Assembly (NCBI RefSeq): GCF_009914755.1
Contig: NC_060947.1
Length of the DNA stretch: 64,000 nucleotides
Direction: 5' to 3' (one strand)
DNA from: the human T2T-CHM13v2.0 reference genome, Homo sapiens
Shown piece by piece: positions 34,115-49,815 of the stretch; the first letter of the stretch is position 1; each line of letters opens with the position of its first letter. The translations under genes were made by a program, and so were the position numbers. Under the pieces are notes generated by a model. It saw only the letters and a list, made by a program, of their open reading frames with translations. It had not been told where the DNA came from and did no database searches.

Positions 34115-34295
34115 TGTTTCTCCCACAATTGTGCAAAAGAGGCAGGACAAGTATGATTATTTCCATTTTATTGTATATTAAGAAAATAAGGCCCAGAGAG
34201 AGACAAAAATTTACCAAAGGCCCAACAGTCAAATTTCTGACAGTCTAGAAATTTGAACTCAAGCCTTATGACTTTAAATGTAGTGCTTTCTTCAG
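34115..34295 (-). mobile_element. MIR SINE
   Basis: attatttccatttta...aagaaaataaggcccagagag...atttgaactcaagcc. Confidence 0.7.
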
Positions 34296-35719
34296 ACTAT
34301 TTATATTTTATTTATTTATTCAATCATTTATTAGTATATCCAACAAATATAGACTGCCAACACTGCACCGGGCATTAGGAGCTCTCAATTTTCCTTCAGT
34401 ACCAACTTTTAGGGCTACAAAAGGACCCAGGGGAAGTATGGTCCTCTGCATATATTAATCCTGGGGTCCAAATTTTTTTCCCAGTAATATCTAGCAGGTT
34501 GTTTATCAGCCCAGCAGAAACATATCATTGTAGTATGAATCGATGCTCTCTTCCCAAAAGCCTGAGGCATGGCAAGATGCCTCTTAAACAGCACAGGCCA
34601 CCAACATCTGTGAAATAGAAAACTACCACTCACCAGACCTTCCAATTAAGACTGTCTGAAGATTGCTGCTCCTTAGGAGTGGGGGTGCCATGGGCTGATC
34701 CAGAAACACTTACTGTACCCAGTAGTGGCTCTTGGCTACCTAGTGCCACTCACATCCATATTGAGAAGACTTCTCCCAACATGGTGTCATCATCCAGAAC
34801 TTTTCGCTTCCCCTCACTATAACTTCCCTGTCCTATATCCCTATTCACTTGAGGCTCTTTCCATGATAAGGAGGTAGTAAAAGCAATCTTTACTGGCTTA
34901 ACATATTTTCCTTTTCACAGAGTCCTGTGCCTTAAAGTGACTTGCACAGTAGGCATTTCAGGCCCCACTGCACACTAATGATTAGAGAAACTTAAGACAG
35001 AGGAAGGGGCTTTTCAGTGCTGCGTTCAATTCACAGCCCAGGAATAGGGGCACATGTCACTTACTTTTCTGAACAATGAAGCAAATCCTGAATGATTGTT
35101 ATGCTGTGGGGATACAATGCAGTTATTGGAAAGGGCAGAGGAACATCTGGCCAGTCAGGCTTGGGCCTCACAAATGCTATAAGGACAAAGCCCAAAATTA
35201 TTTCTTCCTCTTAACCCTTTATTCCCACAGCATATAAGGCATTGTCCTCAAAGGGCTTCTAGATGAAATCAGTGTTTATAGCTGAACTCTTGTCAGTATG
35301 GTCTCCAATTACACATACCTTGTAAACAAAATCCAACCAAAATTGCTTGCTTCATTTCTAGCTTCTCCAAGGTCTATCTATGACCTGGTGTTTCATCAGT
35401 AGTTACTATCTCACAAGGATTATTGGCATCCATTTGTCCTATCCTTTCAGAATTTTATATACCATTTAGAACATCACCTTTCAGCCCCTCTGGCAATATC
35501 ATAGAAAGTTCGTTCTCCCACAAGGTCACAGCAACCAGCTCATTTCACAATCTGATTTTCAGGAGTTTAACAAGAGCTTTAGAAATGCACTAGTCAGATA
35601 AACCTTGGCCTCACAGCCTCTTAGTCTTTCTGGATGAAGTAATTTGAAGGAGGGGGACCTTCAGTCAGTCACAGAGTGTTACTGTTTCCCAGTCTGATGA
35701 CTTTTTTTCCCCAAATCTT

Positions 35720-36215
35720 CTACTGCCAGCCTGATACAGGGCTTCATCCCCTCACATCTATCTTACTGCAATTGATATTTTACCTTCCTCCAAGGTTCTC
35801 TTCCATTTGATTCATCCTATGTAGTGCTGTAAGATTAATTCACTTGAAGGTACAGCTTTCAGTATGTTATTCCTCTGCTCAAAATCTTTTGTTGACTCTG
35901 TTTATACCAGGATGAAGCCCAAATTCCTCAGGCCAGCATTCAAAGCCCACCATGAAATGGTTCCACTCTATCTACCCAACCCTAGCTTCACCATCTTCCT
36001 CAAATAAGCTTTTTGTCCTGCAAAATTCGACTTCTCCTTGTTCTGGGCATATAAAATGCTTACCCCATCCTCAGTGCTTTTATTTCAGACTGCCTCTCCT
36101 ACCCCTGAACCACAGGACATCCCCTAGCTTGCTTCACTATGTAGCCAAACCTCATCTTATCATTCAGTGGCCTGCTCAAGACCCACCTCCTCCTTAAGCC
36201 TTCTCCAATCACCCC
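35720..36215 (+). mobile_element. L2 fragment
   Basis: tatgttattcctctgctcaaaatctttt...caaattcctcaggccagcattcaaagccc. Confidence 0.7.
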
Positions 36216-36227
36216 CACCTATACCAT

Positions 36228-36332
36228 GGAATGCAGAATACTAGACCCCTTCCTAGACATACAGAATCAGAATCTGTATTTTAACAAGATCCTCAGGTGA
36301 TTCTCATATACATTACAGTTTGAGACATCCTG
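36228..36332. mobile_element. MER5A-type DNA transposon fragment
   Basis: aatgcagaat...cagaatcagaatctgtattttaacaagatcctcaggtgattctcatatacattacagtttgaga. Confidence 0.8.
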
Positions 36333-37189
36333 TCATAAATAGCACTATGATTTGTGCCATGAAAAAAAAATCTACGACTGCAAATTACAACAGACAACAA
36401 GATTTTCCTTGAACTTTTTTCCCAGCTTCTGCTACTTCCCATCTTATGTTACCTATTCCTTCTAGCTTGTGGAGGTCCAAGGAAATGGGAGAGGTTTGTA
36501 CTTTCCCAACCATCTACACCCACAACCTGTCCCTTCCACCACTTTTGTGCCATTTGAGGACCCATATTCCCTAGTTTTAATTGGGCTTTCCTATTCTGGG
36601 GCCACAATTTTCTATAATTAATTTTGCTGTCATCTAATTATAGGTACAGTTGCCTACATCGACGCCACTCCCCCAAAGGCAGGGCAAATGGCTGAATAAA
36701 CCTATGGGCCTTGGAGAAGGGACAGGGAGGTAGAGAACAAGATGGGTTAACGTGCTATATGCAAAGAGTACAGCTACCCCCAGAGGTAGCACAAGGACAG
36801 AATTGGGATGCTGATGGAGAATGGGCTGTAGAAGATTTACTGGGGTTGGGCTACCTTCCATCTGTATCTCTGTTTCCAGATCTCCCTATGTACCATGAAC
36901 TTTGTCTGGACATTAAGAGGAGGTCATTGATGGAGAAAGTTGACAAAGTCCCCAAGACATCACCAAAACGAAAGAAATCCGAAGACCTCAGAGGCTTGTT
37001 CAAACTCAGTACATCCTTTGGACTCTCTTTAACCCTTTCTTAGTTTCTCATTCCCCACCCCTTTGCTCTCCCTCCCTCTTTTCTGGCTTTTAATGCTTTG
37101 GGCTTGATGAAAAGAGGATTTTCCTGGGGGAAAAACTGCTAGTGATCTCTACATCCAGCACAAAAGTCCTTTATTTGAAGTCTTTCTTT

Positions 37190-40239
<3,050 letters not shown>

Positions 40240-41888
40240 AGGTCTGTCTTTCTTTACAATTCAAATACGATTCTCCCCTTTGCACTCCTCACTTCATGAC
40301 CTTTAATTCTACTGTCATCAAAAATTAGTCATTTAGATAAGTTGCATGGAAGTCAATCTGAATTGCGCGCCTTGTGTGTATGTGTATGTGCGCATGTACG
40401 AGAAGCAGATTTTTATTATTTCACTCAATATTAACTTAAAGTTGCAAAAGCAAACATTGTATATTAAGAGGCCTTTATGAAACTTACCACAAAGAAAGGA
40501 AAAGACTTATCAGAAATGTACATAGAGTACTAATTTGTAGTACACAAAACAATAATCCAACTGTGCTTGCAAACATCTGGTTCTTGTAGAATTGGAGTAT
40601 TCTTTTATACAGCTGAGCCATTCTCCCTATTTTGAACTTGACTGCAGTGCTCCACTGTTAAAGCAACCCTTTTGTCACAAACTCCAACAGAAATTTCAGC
40701 TCAACTCATATCAGAGCATCCACAAGGCCCAATTCAAAGAATCTGAAATAATGTATTGTTACTGCAACAGTTGTGAGTACCAGTGGCATCAGAGCTACCT
40801 GAGGCATTTGTTAAATGCATATATTCCCTAGCCCCTAGGATGGAATGAATTAAAATCTCCATGTTTAGGCCATATGGAATCTCCAAGTGGTTTTGGAAAT
40901 CACCGTTTTAGTGCACTCATAAGCTACAGTCCTCTTGGACTCCTGATTCTTCACCAGTTCCTTGTTAACCTAGCTGCCATTGCACCTGCTTTCCAGAATA
41001 TGTTCCCTGGCAGACACCAAGGGCATTTCCTGTCTTTTTTACAAAGCTGCACTAGGCATCTCTGGTGACATTAAAGTTGAATGCCTTTAAAAGGATTTTC
41101 CTCTGAGACCTTTTACCTTCCCTGATTATCACATCCAGAAGTACATCCAGCAGCCTGTGAAAAACTCTCCCAAGCGAAAGGCCTCGCAGCAGGCTCAGAC
41201 CTCCAGGTTAAGCAACATCCTACGTGACCAGACTGGAGGTCCGCACATACAGAGGTCCTGACTACCAACGGGGCCAAGAGATTGCTCAAGGTGGTTAACA
41301 CTTCAAAGGTAGCCCATGGTTTCAAGGGTGAAGGAAACAAACATCATAGCTGTCACTCCATATGTCTTATTCCAAAATATCTCCTTTAAAAACCCCTCCA
41401 GACCAAGTGCTGGATTCTATAGACGGTGTCAAAGACAAAGTTGTAAATCAGGTGAGGTTTGTCTCATGGGCCCTCAGCCTCCATGTTCTCTTCCTGCACC
41501 GTCTATCCAGCAAGGCCTGATGCCCTTGAGCTTCCCACAGTGGCATGTGGGAAGCTCTGCTGCATGTGTTACCCCAGCCTGGACTTGCTTCTGACTTCCC
41601 CTCCTCTTCCTTTGCCCTCCACCTTCCAGTTCAGGGATCCCTTCCCTCAGAGCTGTGTTTTCTGAGTAGAATGTGGTAGATGGTGGATCATAAAAGTAAA
41701 TATCCTTCTGGGTTACAGAAAAAGTTCAAGAGAGGATGAATCCGAACTAACCATTCACTGTGTCCCCTGGCACCTAGCCAACCCTGGCGCCAGACTGAAC
41801 CCCTAACATTGACCACAGACTGGGCCCTCTAACTTTGGCCACCATATGATTGTTATTTGTGGCCGGACGCTAAGTAAGAAGATTTTTT

Positions 41889-42474
41889 AGGGTGTGTTTT
41901 TTTAATTATATTTTAAGTTCTGGGGTACATGTGCAGAACATGCAGGTTTGTTACATAGGTATGTACGTGCCATGGTGGTTTGCAGCACTCATCGATCCGT
42001 CATCTATGTTAGGTATTTCTCCTAATGCTATCCCTCCCCTAGTCCCCCACCCCCAGACAGGCCCTGGTGTGTGATGTTCCCCTCCCTGTGTCCGTGTGTT
42101 CTCATTGTTCAACTGCCACTTATGAGTGAGAACGTGCGGTGTTTGGTTTTCTGTTCTTGTGTTAGTTTGCTGAGAATGATGGTTTCCAGCTTCATCCATG
42201 TCCCTGCAAAGGACATGGAACAGCCCTTCATGCTAAAAACTCTCAATAAACTAGGTATTATTGGAACATATCTCAAAGTAATAAGAGCTATTTATGACAA
42301 ACCCACAGCCAATATCATACTGAATGGGCAAAAACCAGAAGCATTCTCTTTGAAAACTGGCATAAGACAAGGATGCCCTCTCTCACCACTCCTATTCAAC
42401 ATAGTATTGGAAGTTCTGGCCAGGGCAATCAGGCAAAAGAAAGAAATAAAGGGTATTCAATTAGGAAAAGAGGA
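41889..42474 (-). mobile_element. L1PA6/7-like LINE-1 with 5' inversion (3' end on minus strand to 42217; RT fragment on plus strand 42219-42474)
   Basis: ORF 42071-42484 switches from antisense L1 to sense ORF2 ([12 protein letters not shown]...[11 protein letters not shown]...GIQLGKE) at ggacatg|g|aacagccc. Confidence 0.93.
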
Positions 42475-43519
42475 TTTTATTTAAAAAAAGTTATTATTGC
42501 CACAGAGAAATCTTACCATGCCCCATCAATAGAGACATAATTCAAAGGACACATCTTATCTAACTGATTATAAATCAACACTATCACCTTGCTTTAGGAA
42601 GGACACCAAGTTGCCAACTGTAATTTATAATCCATCAGTAAAAGATAGGTGGGTGAGAGGCAGGGAGGAGCAGCAACAGAATCTCTTATGTAGGTGAACA
42701 AATAAATTGAAATAAACAGAGCCTACTCCACCTGGACCTCAGAACCTCGTGGTCCACAATATCAACATGCTTTTTATTATGTTTGCTAACATAACCCTGT
42801 CTCTACTCATAATGAGAAAAGAGGAACTGAGCCATGATGCCGGAATATTCATGAAAGTAAATATTTATAAGCAGAACAGACAATAAATGTTTGAGAACTG
42901 TAACCTTACAAGCACTCAAATATGAAACATGCAACCTCTGCCATTTGTTGTAGCTTTCAGTTGTGAAGAATAGTTTTAAAAATAAAATTTAGTCTCCTAA
43001 TGATATCATATTTGAAATACAAAAAAAAAAAAAAAAAGATCTGAATGGCCTCAAGGTGGTTCACTCTAAAACAACTAAGTCCTGCATGCTATTAATTGTT
43101 GGAGATTCATTCATGTGTCTTTTTCTAAGAATTTCTGAATCAAGCCATTTCTCAATTATTCCCTCGGTGCTGATTACTCCTCCCAGCTGACTTCTCTTAT
43201 CATCCAACATGCAGCCAAGAAGCCCCCTCTAGGTATCAGGTACACCCCTATTTCCAGCAGCTCCACATGCTGACTCTTTGTAAGTAAACTCACTCCAGAT
43301 AAATGAGACACAGTGTTCTGGGACAAGAGCAGCAATTGTAGTCCTTAGCAAAATTAAGAGGGAGGCAAAACCTGGCTTCACTGGCTTCACTGTCTTCCTC
43401 TCACTCTTCTCTGCCCGTCTCCTGGACCAACAACACAAAGTCTTCCCGACCACCTCCTCAACCAGCTCCTGCACCAGAGCAGGGGGGTTTCTAAGCATAA
43501 CCACAAATAGAGCAAGGAA

Positions 43520-43885
43520 ACAGGAGAACTGAGTTCTAATCTGGATTCCACCTAGCTGTATATTCTTATGATGACATTTCTCTCTTAGTCTCAGTATTCT
43601 GAGACTCAGTTTCCTAAGTATGTCATTTTAACGCAATGAAAAGAAAGAGCTCAAGGAAACTAAAATTTACAGACTCCTTACCATGTGCTAGACACTGTGC
43701 TCCAGGCAATTTACATCAATAATTCCTTTAATCTTCCCAAATAGTTAGTACAATGTTTATTTTACGTATAAGGAATGTTAGTTTCAGAAAGGTTACATCA
43801 CTTGCTCAGACCACAAAGCTTGAGTAGTAAAAGAGGGATTTTCATCCATGTCTGTGTGTCTGACTGCACTGCTTCCAGAGGCTTG
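43520..43885. mobile_element. Two adjacent MIR fragments in opposite orientation
   Basis: Plus: gaactgagttctaatctgg...ctcagtttcc (43520-43615). Minus: ccatgtgctagacactgtgct...cagaaaggttacatcacttgctcagaccac (43660-43885). Confidence 0.7.
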
Positions 43886-44439
43886 ACACATGTGATCCCT
43901 AAGGCCCCTTCCAACTTTAACACCTTATGAGTCTGTGAAGTCCCATCATGTGCACAGTTGTCTATTCTACCTATGTAAAGTGCTAGCTCCATAAACATCT
44001 GTGAAAAGAATAAAGTTAGGTATCATAAATGAGAGATACTGAAAAAATGGTACAGATGCTTGAGTGTAACTGTGAGTAAACCAAAGAAAGGAGACTTGAA
44101 TTGGCCTAAAAAAAAGTTAAAGGAATCTGTTGGCCAAATTTAAAAATAGGTGAGACATGCCCACCTCTTCCCTATAAGAGGAAGGGAAACAGCTATATCA
44201 AAACTAAGATTCTATAAATCATTACCCTACACCACCTTCGATAGAAAAAAGGAACTGGCCTGTCTCCAGGCAGCTTAATGAACCAAAAATGAGTGCAATT
44301 TTTTGCCACAAACTGAGATGAGATTGCCAAACACTTCTCAAACTAACTTTGTTTTCCCTGTATTATAAAGACACTGGGGCTCAGATGATTTATAACTCAT
44401 CTTATACCACTCTCGTCCCTTGTTCTCTCAGCCTTCCAG

Positions 44440-45430
44440 GCTATAGTGTGGAGTTCAGATTGGAAGGGGATAATAGGATTATTGCAGTGGCCTGAGCTTG
44501 GATGGTGGCAGCAGGAACAGAGAGAGATTTTGGAAGTACAGTCTACACAACTGGATGTCAAGGATTAGAAAGGGGTAGGTTTCTGACTTGTGTGAATGGA
44601 AGGATGGTAGTCCCTGAGATTGTGAATACTAGATACAGAGCCAAAGTTGGAGGGAAGTTCATAAATTGTCACAAAGGAGGATTTTATCCAGAAACCTTTC
44701 CCCATCTTGGGTATCTGCACTGAAATGACTGCTAAGTCATCTCTCACCTAGTGTTTAAACCCATAATTCAGATCTGCATCGTCTTGCCCCTAAACTATTA
44801 TAATAATCTTCTAACTGGTCACTCTGCCTCTAGCCCTGCTCCCTTCAAATCCACCTTCCACGCTGATGCCAGAGGGTTCTAACTCAAAGGCAAACTTTTC
44901 CATACAACTTCCTTGTTTATAGCCCCTCAATGGCTCCCCACTGCCCCTAGCATAAAGATCCAGTACCCTCAAATGCCATATGAGCCACTTCATGAGCCAT
45001 CCCCACTAACCTCTCCACATTCATCTCTCCAACCACACCAATCTACTTGGAGTTCCTAAAGCACTCTAGACTGTGCCTTTGTTTATGGTGCTCCCTCCAC
45101 CTTAAATGCTCTTTCCTGTACCACCATCTGCCTGGTGAACGCCTACCCAACATTCACAACTCAAATCATGCTTACCTTCTCTCTGAAGCCTTTCCTAATA
45201 TCCATACCATGATCAGATTTGTGCCCCTACAACTAGGACATTCTTCTACCATAATACCTATAGCACTTTATAGCACTTAATTGTATACATGTTTGTTCCC
45301 CTACTAGATGTTGTACCCCTCAAGAACAAGGACCTTGGCAGAGTTCACGCTTAGTAAAAGTCTATTGAATTAATGGATGGATGAGTGATTAAATGGATAA
45401 GTGAATGAATGGATTTATGAATGAATGAAG
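44440..45430. mobile_element. L2 fragments (short minus piece, then plus piece ending in a (TGAA)n-like tail)
   Basis: cccctcaatggctccccactgcccctagcataaagatcc; tail ttgaattaatggatggatgagtg...gaatgaatgaa. Confidence 0.7.
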
Positions 45431-48239
45431 AAGTAGAGGCAATACTAGAAAAAATTAGATATAATACTTAACATATTCATATTACCTCACAGTGCATAAC
45501 ATTTTACAAAATGCTTTAAAACCTTGTGTCCTATTTGTCCCTGATAATATTACAAAATAGAGAAGGCAAACAGATGACATTACTCCAGAAGGGCTAGAAC
45601 TCAAGTCACCTGGGTTACTCCAGAATTGTCCCTTCAGTTGCTAACCAAATGCCATGAGAAAGAAAATTATTAGGTAATAAAGGTTTTGTTCTCTTGCCTG
45701 ACCTTTTTTTCCCCCAAATCAACTTTTTCTCCATGCGTTGAGTTAGCAGCCACCTCCACCATGCCATTTTATGTTTAAACTTTTTGACGTTCAGCACAAA
45801 GTCAGGTCAGTGTTCCCTGGCCTTGTCAGCACTCCCAGAGCACAGCAGCTCAGGGCTCAGGAGGAACCTTGAATGTTAAAAGCCCAATTGCAAGACTCAT
45901 CAGAAAATCAAATACATTTAAACTCTAAAAATATCCCCCGTGATCTATGCATATAGCCATGGTGTCTGACAAATTCAATTAAATCTGTCATACATCATTC
46001 TCCACAGTGTTATTGAGAGAGACATAGTAGTATCGAATTTTAATTATTCGGCTCCTATTGATCCCACCATAATCTGGTGAGAATCACTTGCAAACTGACA
46101 GTTCCCTCAAGAGACAGCCACTATTATCTAATTATAAATCTCACAGTGTCACTTGATAAAAGGTTAGGATTTGTCTTCCCCACAAGAAAAGCCCCAAATT
46201 TTGCCAAAAAATTCTTGTATAGAAACCAAAACAATGTACACACGTTGTAATGTAAGCTGAGCTATAAATGGAGCCTGGCTTGTGGCATCACTGCCTCTCT
46301 CCATCCCACCCACACCTTGGCTCCTCAATTCCCTCATATCAAGTGTTTGGGCACCACCTTCACACTCCCTCCCCAGAGTTTATGCTGAGGGATCTCTCTT
46401 CCAAGGTCCCTCTTCCCATAACATCATAACCAACTAGACTAACTCTCAACCCAAAAGCCTTGTGATCTAGTCTAACCTCTCTTTGCTGGGAACAATCAGT
46501 GGTCACTATATTTGCATTCTCACAAGTATTCTCAAAGCTTCAACACAGAGGAATCATAGGAATTTCAAGTCCTTAGCAGATGGCTGGGAGACACTGGGAA
46601 AAGAAAGGCCTCAAGGTCCAGTACAATTGTACCATCAGAGCAACCTGAAGGACTAGCACAAGAATAAGCAGTCCCATACAGTCAATGAGTCAGTCAACAA
46701 ATATTTTTTGAACACCAATGGTATGCTAGGAACTGTGCTAGGCTCTAAGAGATACAGTGGTGAACAAAATATAAATGTAGCCTAATAGAACTTAAATAAA
46801 TGGCTACAATTAGTTCACTGATTGATTAAAATATGTAACAGGCAAACACAATGGGCATATCATATGGGGCCCCAGCCTATTCTGAAGGGCAAAAGATTAA
46901 GCTGAGAGGAGAAAGGTGAGCTGGTCTTGTTTATGTAAAGAGTGAGGCTGGTGGAGACAAGAGGATAGAAGCACTATAGGCAAAGGAATGTGTATGAGCA
47001 AAAGCAGCCCAGAAGGTAAAGAGGTCAAGGTAGGGAAGAGGTGATAGCAAGGAGGGGTACCGAATATGGTTGGTGCTGGGTGGAACCAGTGGTGTGGTTA
47101 CTGCTGATGGATACTTGCAAGGCAGCTTGCAGTAGGTATGGCTGCTGGTGACAGGGATTGTCAATGAATATAGTTGTTGATGATAGGCATGGAGTCTGGG
47201 ATTAGAGTTGAATAGTGGTTATGGCTGCTAGTTGGTATGGCAGTTACTGGTAAACATAATAAGTGTATCATGGCTCTGATTGTAGACATCTCTTATGGCA
47301 GTTAACATTACTGGGGATATAACCTATGCTGGTAACTGTGTTCACTTGGCATAGATAGAAGGAAGAATCCAACCTTATTTTTGGCTACCCCAAATCATCA
47401 CCAGATAGCTACCCAGGTGACCCAATACCACTTGTTGAATAATCCATCTTTTCTCCTCTGATTTGAAATATTATCTTTGTTATATATGAATTTCCTCTAT
47501 ATATTTGGGTCTATTTTTGGATTAATCTATACTTTTGCATTGATTTGTGTGTCTGTTTTGTGCCAATATCTTAAAGTTTTAATTACTATAGTTTTATGAT
47601 ATTTTAAGATTGATAGGGACAGCTCCCCACTAATAAATTTTTCCAGGTTTTTCCACACTATACTTGCATGTTTAATTTTCTATGTGAACTTTAGTTTTCT
47701 ATATTCTTATTCAGATAATATTAAAATTGTCAAATTCACATTTATGATATTCAGTGTTCAAACCCAAGAATATGATATAGGTTTTCCATTGGTTCAAGTC
47801 TCCAATTAGATTCCTCCTCGTTGTGTTCCAATTTTTCTTCTAAAAGATCTTGTACATTGCTGATAAATCTATTTCTAGGCCATTACCATTTTTCTTACAC
47901 TTGCAAAAGGGATTATTTTATTATACAAGCATATATTTGATACTTTTCAGTTGTATATATTAATTTTGTTCTGAGAAGTCTGAATTATCTTACTATGTAC
48001 TATATTTTTAACTTGATTCTCTTGTGTTTTCTAGATATTTAATCATACCAGTAAAAATTTGATAATTTGGCTTCCTCCTTTCCAGTTTTTATACTTCCTA
48101 CTTCTTTGGCTTATCTAATTGTACTGACTAAAACCTCTAGAATAAAGTTAATTCTTACCATCTTCCTGCCTTTCATAGAAGTCTTTCACTACTAAAAGTT
48201 AGTGTTTCGCCATTTAACATGATTTTGGCTTTTGGTTAT

Positions 48240-49748
48240 TGTATTAGTCCATTTTCACTGTACTGATAAAGACATACCTGAGACTGGGTAATTTATAAAT
48301 AAAAAGAGGTTTAACTGACTCACATTTCCATGTGGCTGGGGAGGCCTCACAATCATGGCAGAAGGTGAAAGGCACAGCTTAAATGGTGAGAGACAAGTGA
48401 AAAAGGAAACCCCTTATAAAATCATCAAATCTCATGAGACTCATTCACTACAACAAGAACAGTATGGGGAAAACTACACCCATGATTCAATTATCTCCCA
48501 CCGAGTCCCTCCCACAACAAGTGGGAATTATGGGAGCCACAATTCAAGATGAGATTTGGGTGGGGACACAGGCAAACCATATCATTCTGCCCCTGGCCCC
48601 TCATAAATTTCATGTTCTCACATTTTACAATGAATCATGCCTTCCCAACAGTCCCCCAAATTCTAAACTCATTTCAGCATTAACTCAAAAGTCCACAGTA
48701 CAAAGTCTCATCTGAGACAAGGCAAGTTCCCTTTGTTTATGAGCTGTAAATTCAAAATCGAGTTAGTTACTTCCTAGATACAATGGGGGTACAGGCACTG
48801 GGTAAATGTACTCATCCCAAATGGGAGAAATTGGCCAAAATGAAGGGACTTCAGGCCCCATACAAGTCCAAAATTCAGCAGGGCAGTCAAATCTTAAAGC
48901 TCCAAAATGATCTCCTTCCTGGCTGCTTTCACAGGCTGGCATTGAGTGTCTGCACCTTTTCCAGGCACACTGCGCAAGCTGCTGGTGGATCTACCATTCT
49001 GGGGTCTGGAGGATGGTGGCCCTCTTCTCACAGCTCCACTAGGTATTGTCCCAGTGGGGACTCTGTGTGGGGGCTTCAACCCCATATTTCCCTTCTGCAG
49101 TGCCCTAGCAGAGGTTCTCCATGAGGGCCCCACCACTGCAGCAAACTTCTGCCTGGACATCCAGGCATTTCCATACATCTTCTGAAATCTAGGCAGAGGT
49201 TTCCAAACCTCAATTCTTGACTTCTGTGCACCCACAGGCTAAAAACCATGTGGAAGCTGCCAAGGCTTGGGGCTTGCACCCTCTGAAGCCATAGCCTGAG
49301 TTGTACCTTGGCTCCTTTTACTCACAGTTGGAGCAGCTGGGATGCAGGGCACCAAGTACACAGCAGGGGAGTCCTGGGCCTGGCCCATGAAACCATTTTT
49401 TCCTCCTATGCCTCCAGGCCTGTGATGGGAGGGGCTGCTGTGAAAACCTCTGACATGCCCTGGAGACATTTTTCCTATTGTCTTGGGAGAGAGGCCACAC
49501 AATCATGGCAGAAGGCAAAATGCACAACTTACATGGTAGCAGGCAAGAGAGAATGAGAGCGAAGAAAAAGGGTTTTCCCCTTATAAATCCATCTGATCTC
49601 ATGAGACTTATTTACTACCATGAGAACAGTATGCAGGAAACTGCCCCCATGATTCAATTATCTCCCACCAGGTCCCTTCCACTAGTGGAAATTATGGGAG
49701 CTACAATTCAAGATGAGATTTGGGTGGGGACACAGCCAAACCATATCA
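48240..49748 (-). mobile_element. THE1B/C-like MaLR provirus: LTR 48240-48584, deleted internal region, partial LTR ~49488-49748
   Basis: Two LTRs ending ccatatca; THE1-int sequence between; perfect TSD gttat at 48235-48239 and 49749-49753. Confidence 0.95.
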
Positions 49749-49750
49749 GT

Positions 49751-49753
<3 letters not shown>

Positions 49754-49792
<39 letters not shown>

Positions 49793-49815
49793 CACATATA
49801 CACACACACACACCC
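49754..49815 (+). repeat. (CA)n/(TA)n microsatellite
   Basis: Direct reading. Confidence 0.95.

Noticed and set aside
34700-34815. Two strong minus-strand donors (gtaagt, gtgagt) beside a short open frame
   Set aside because: No polypyrimidine tract or acceptor upstream on that strand.
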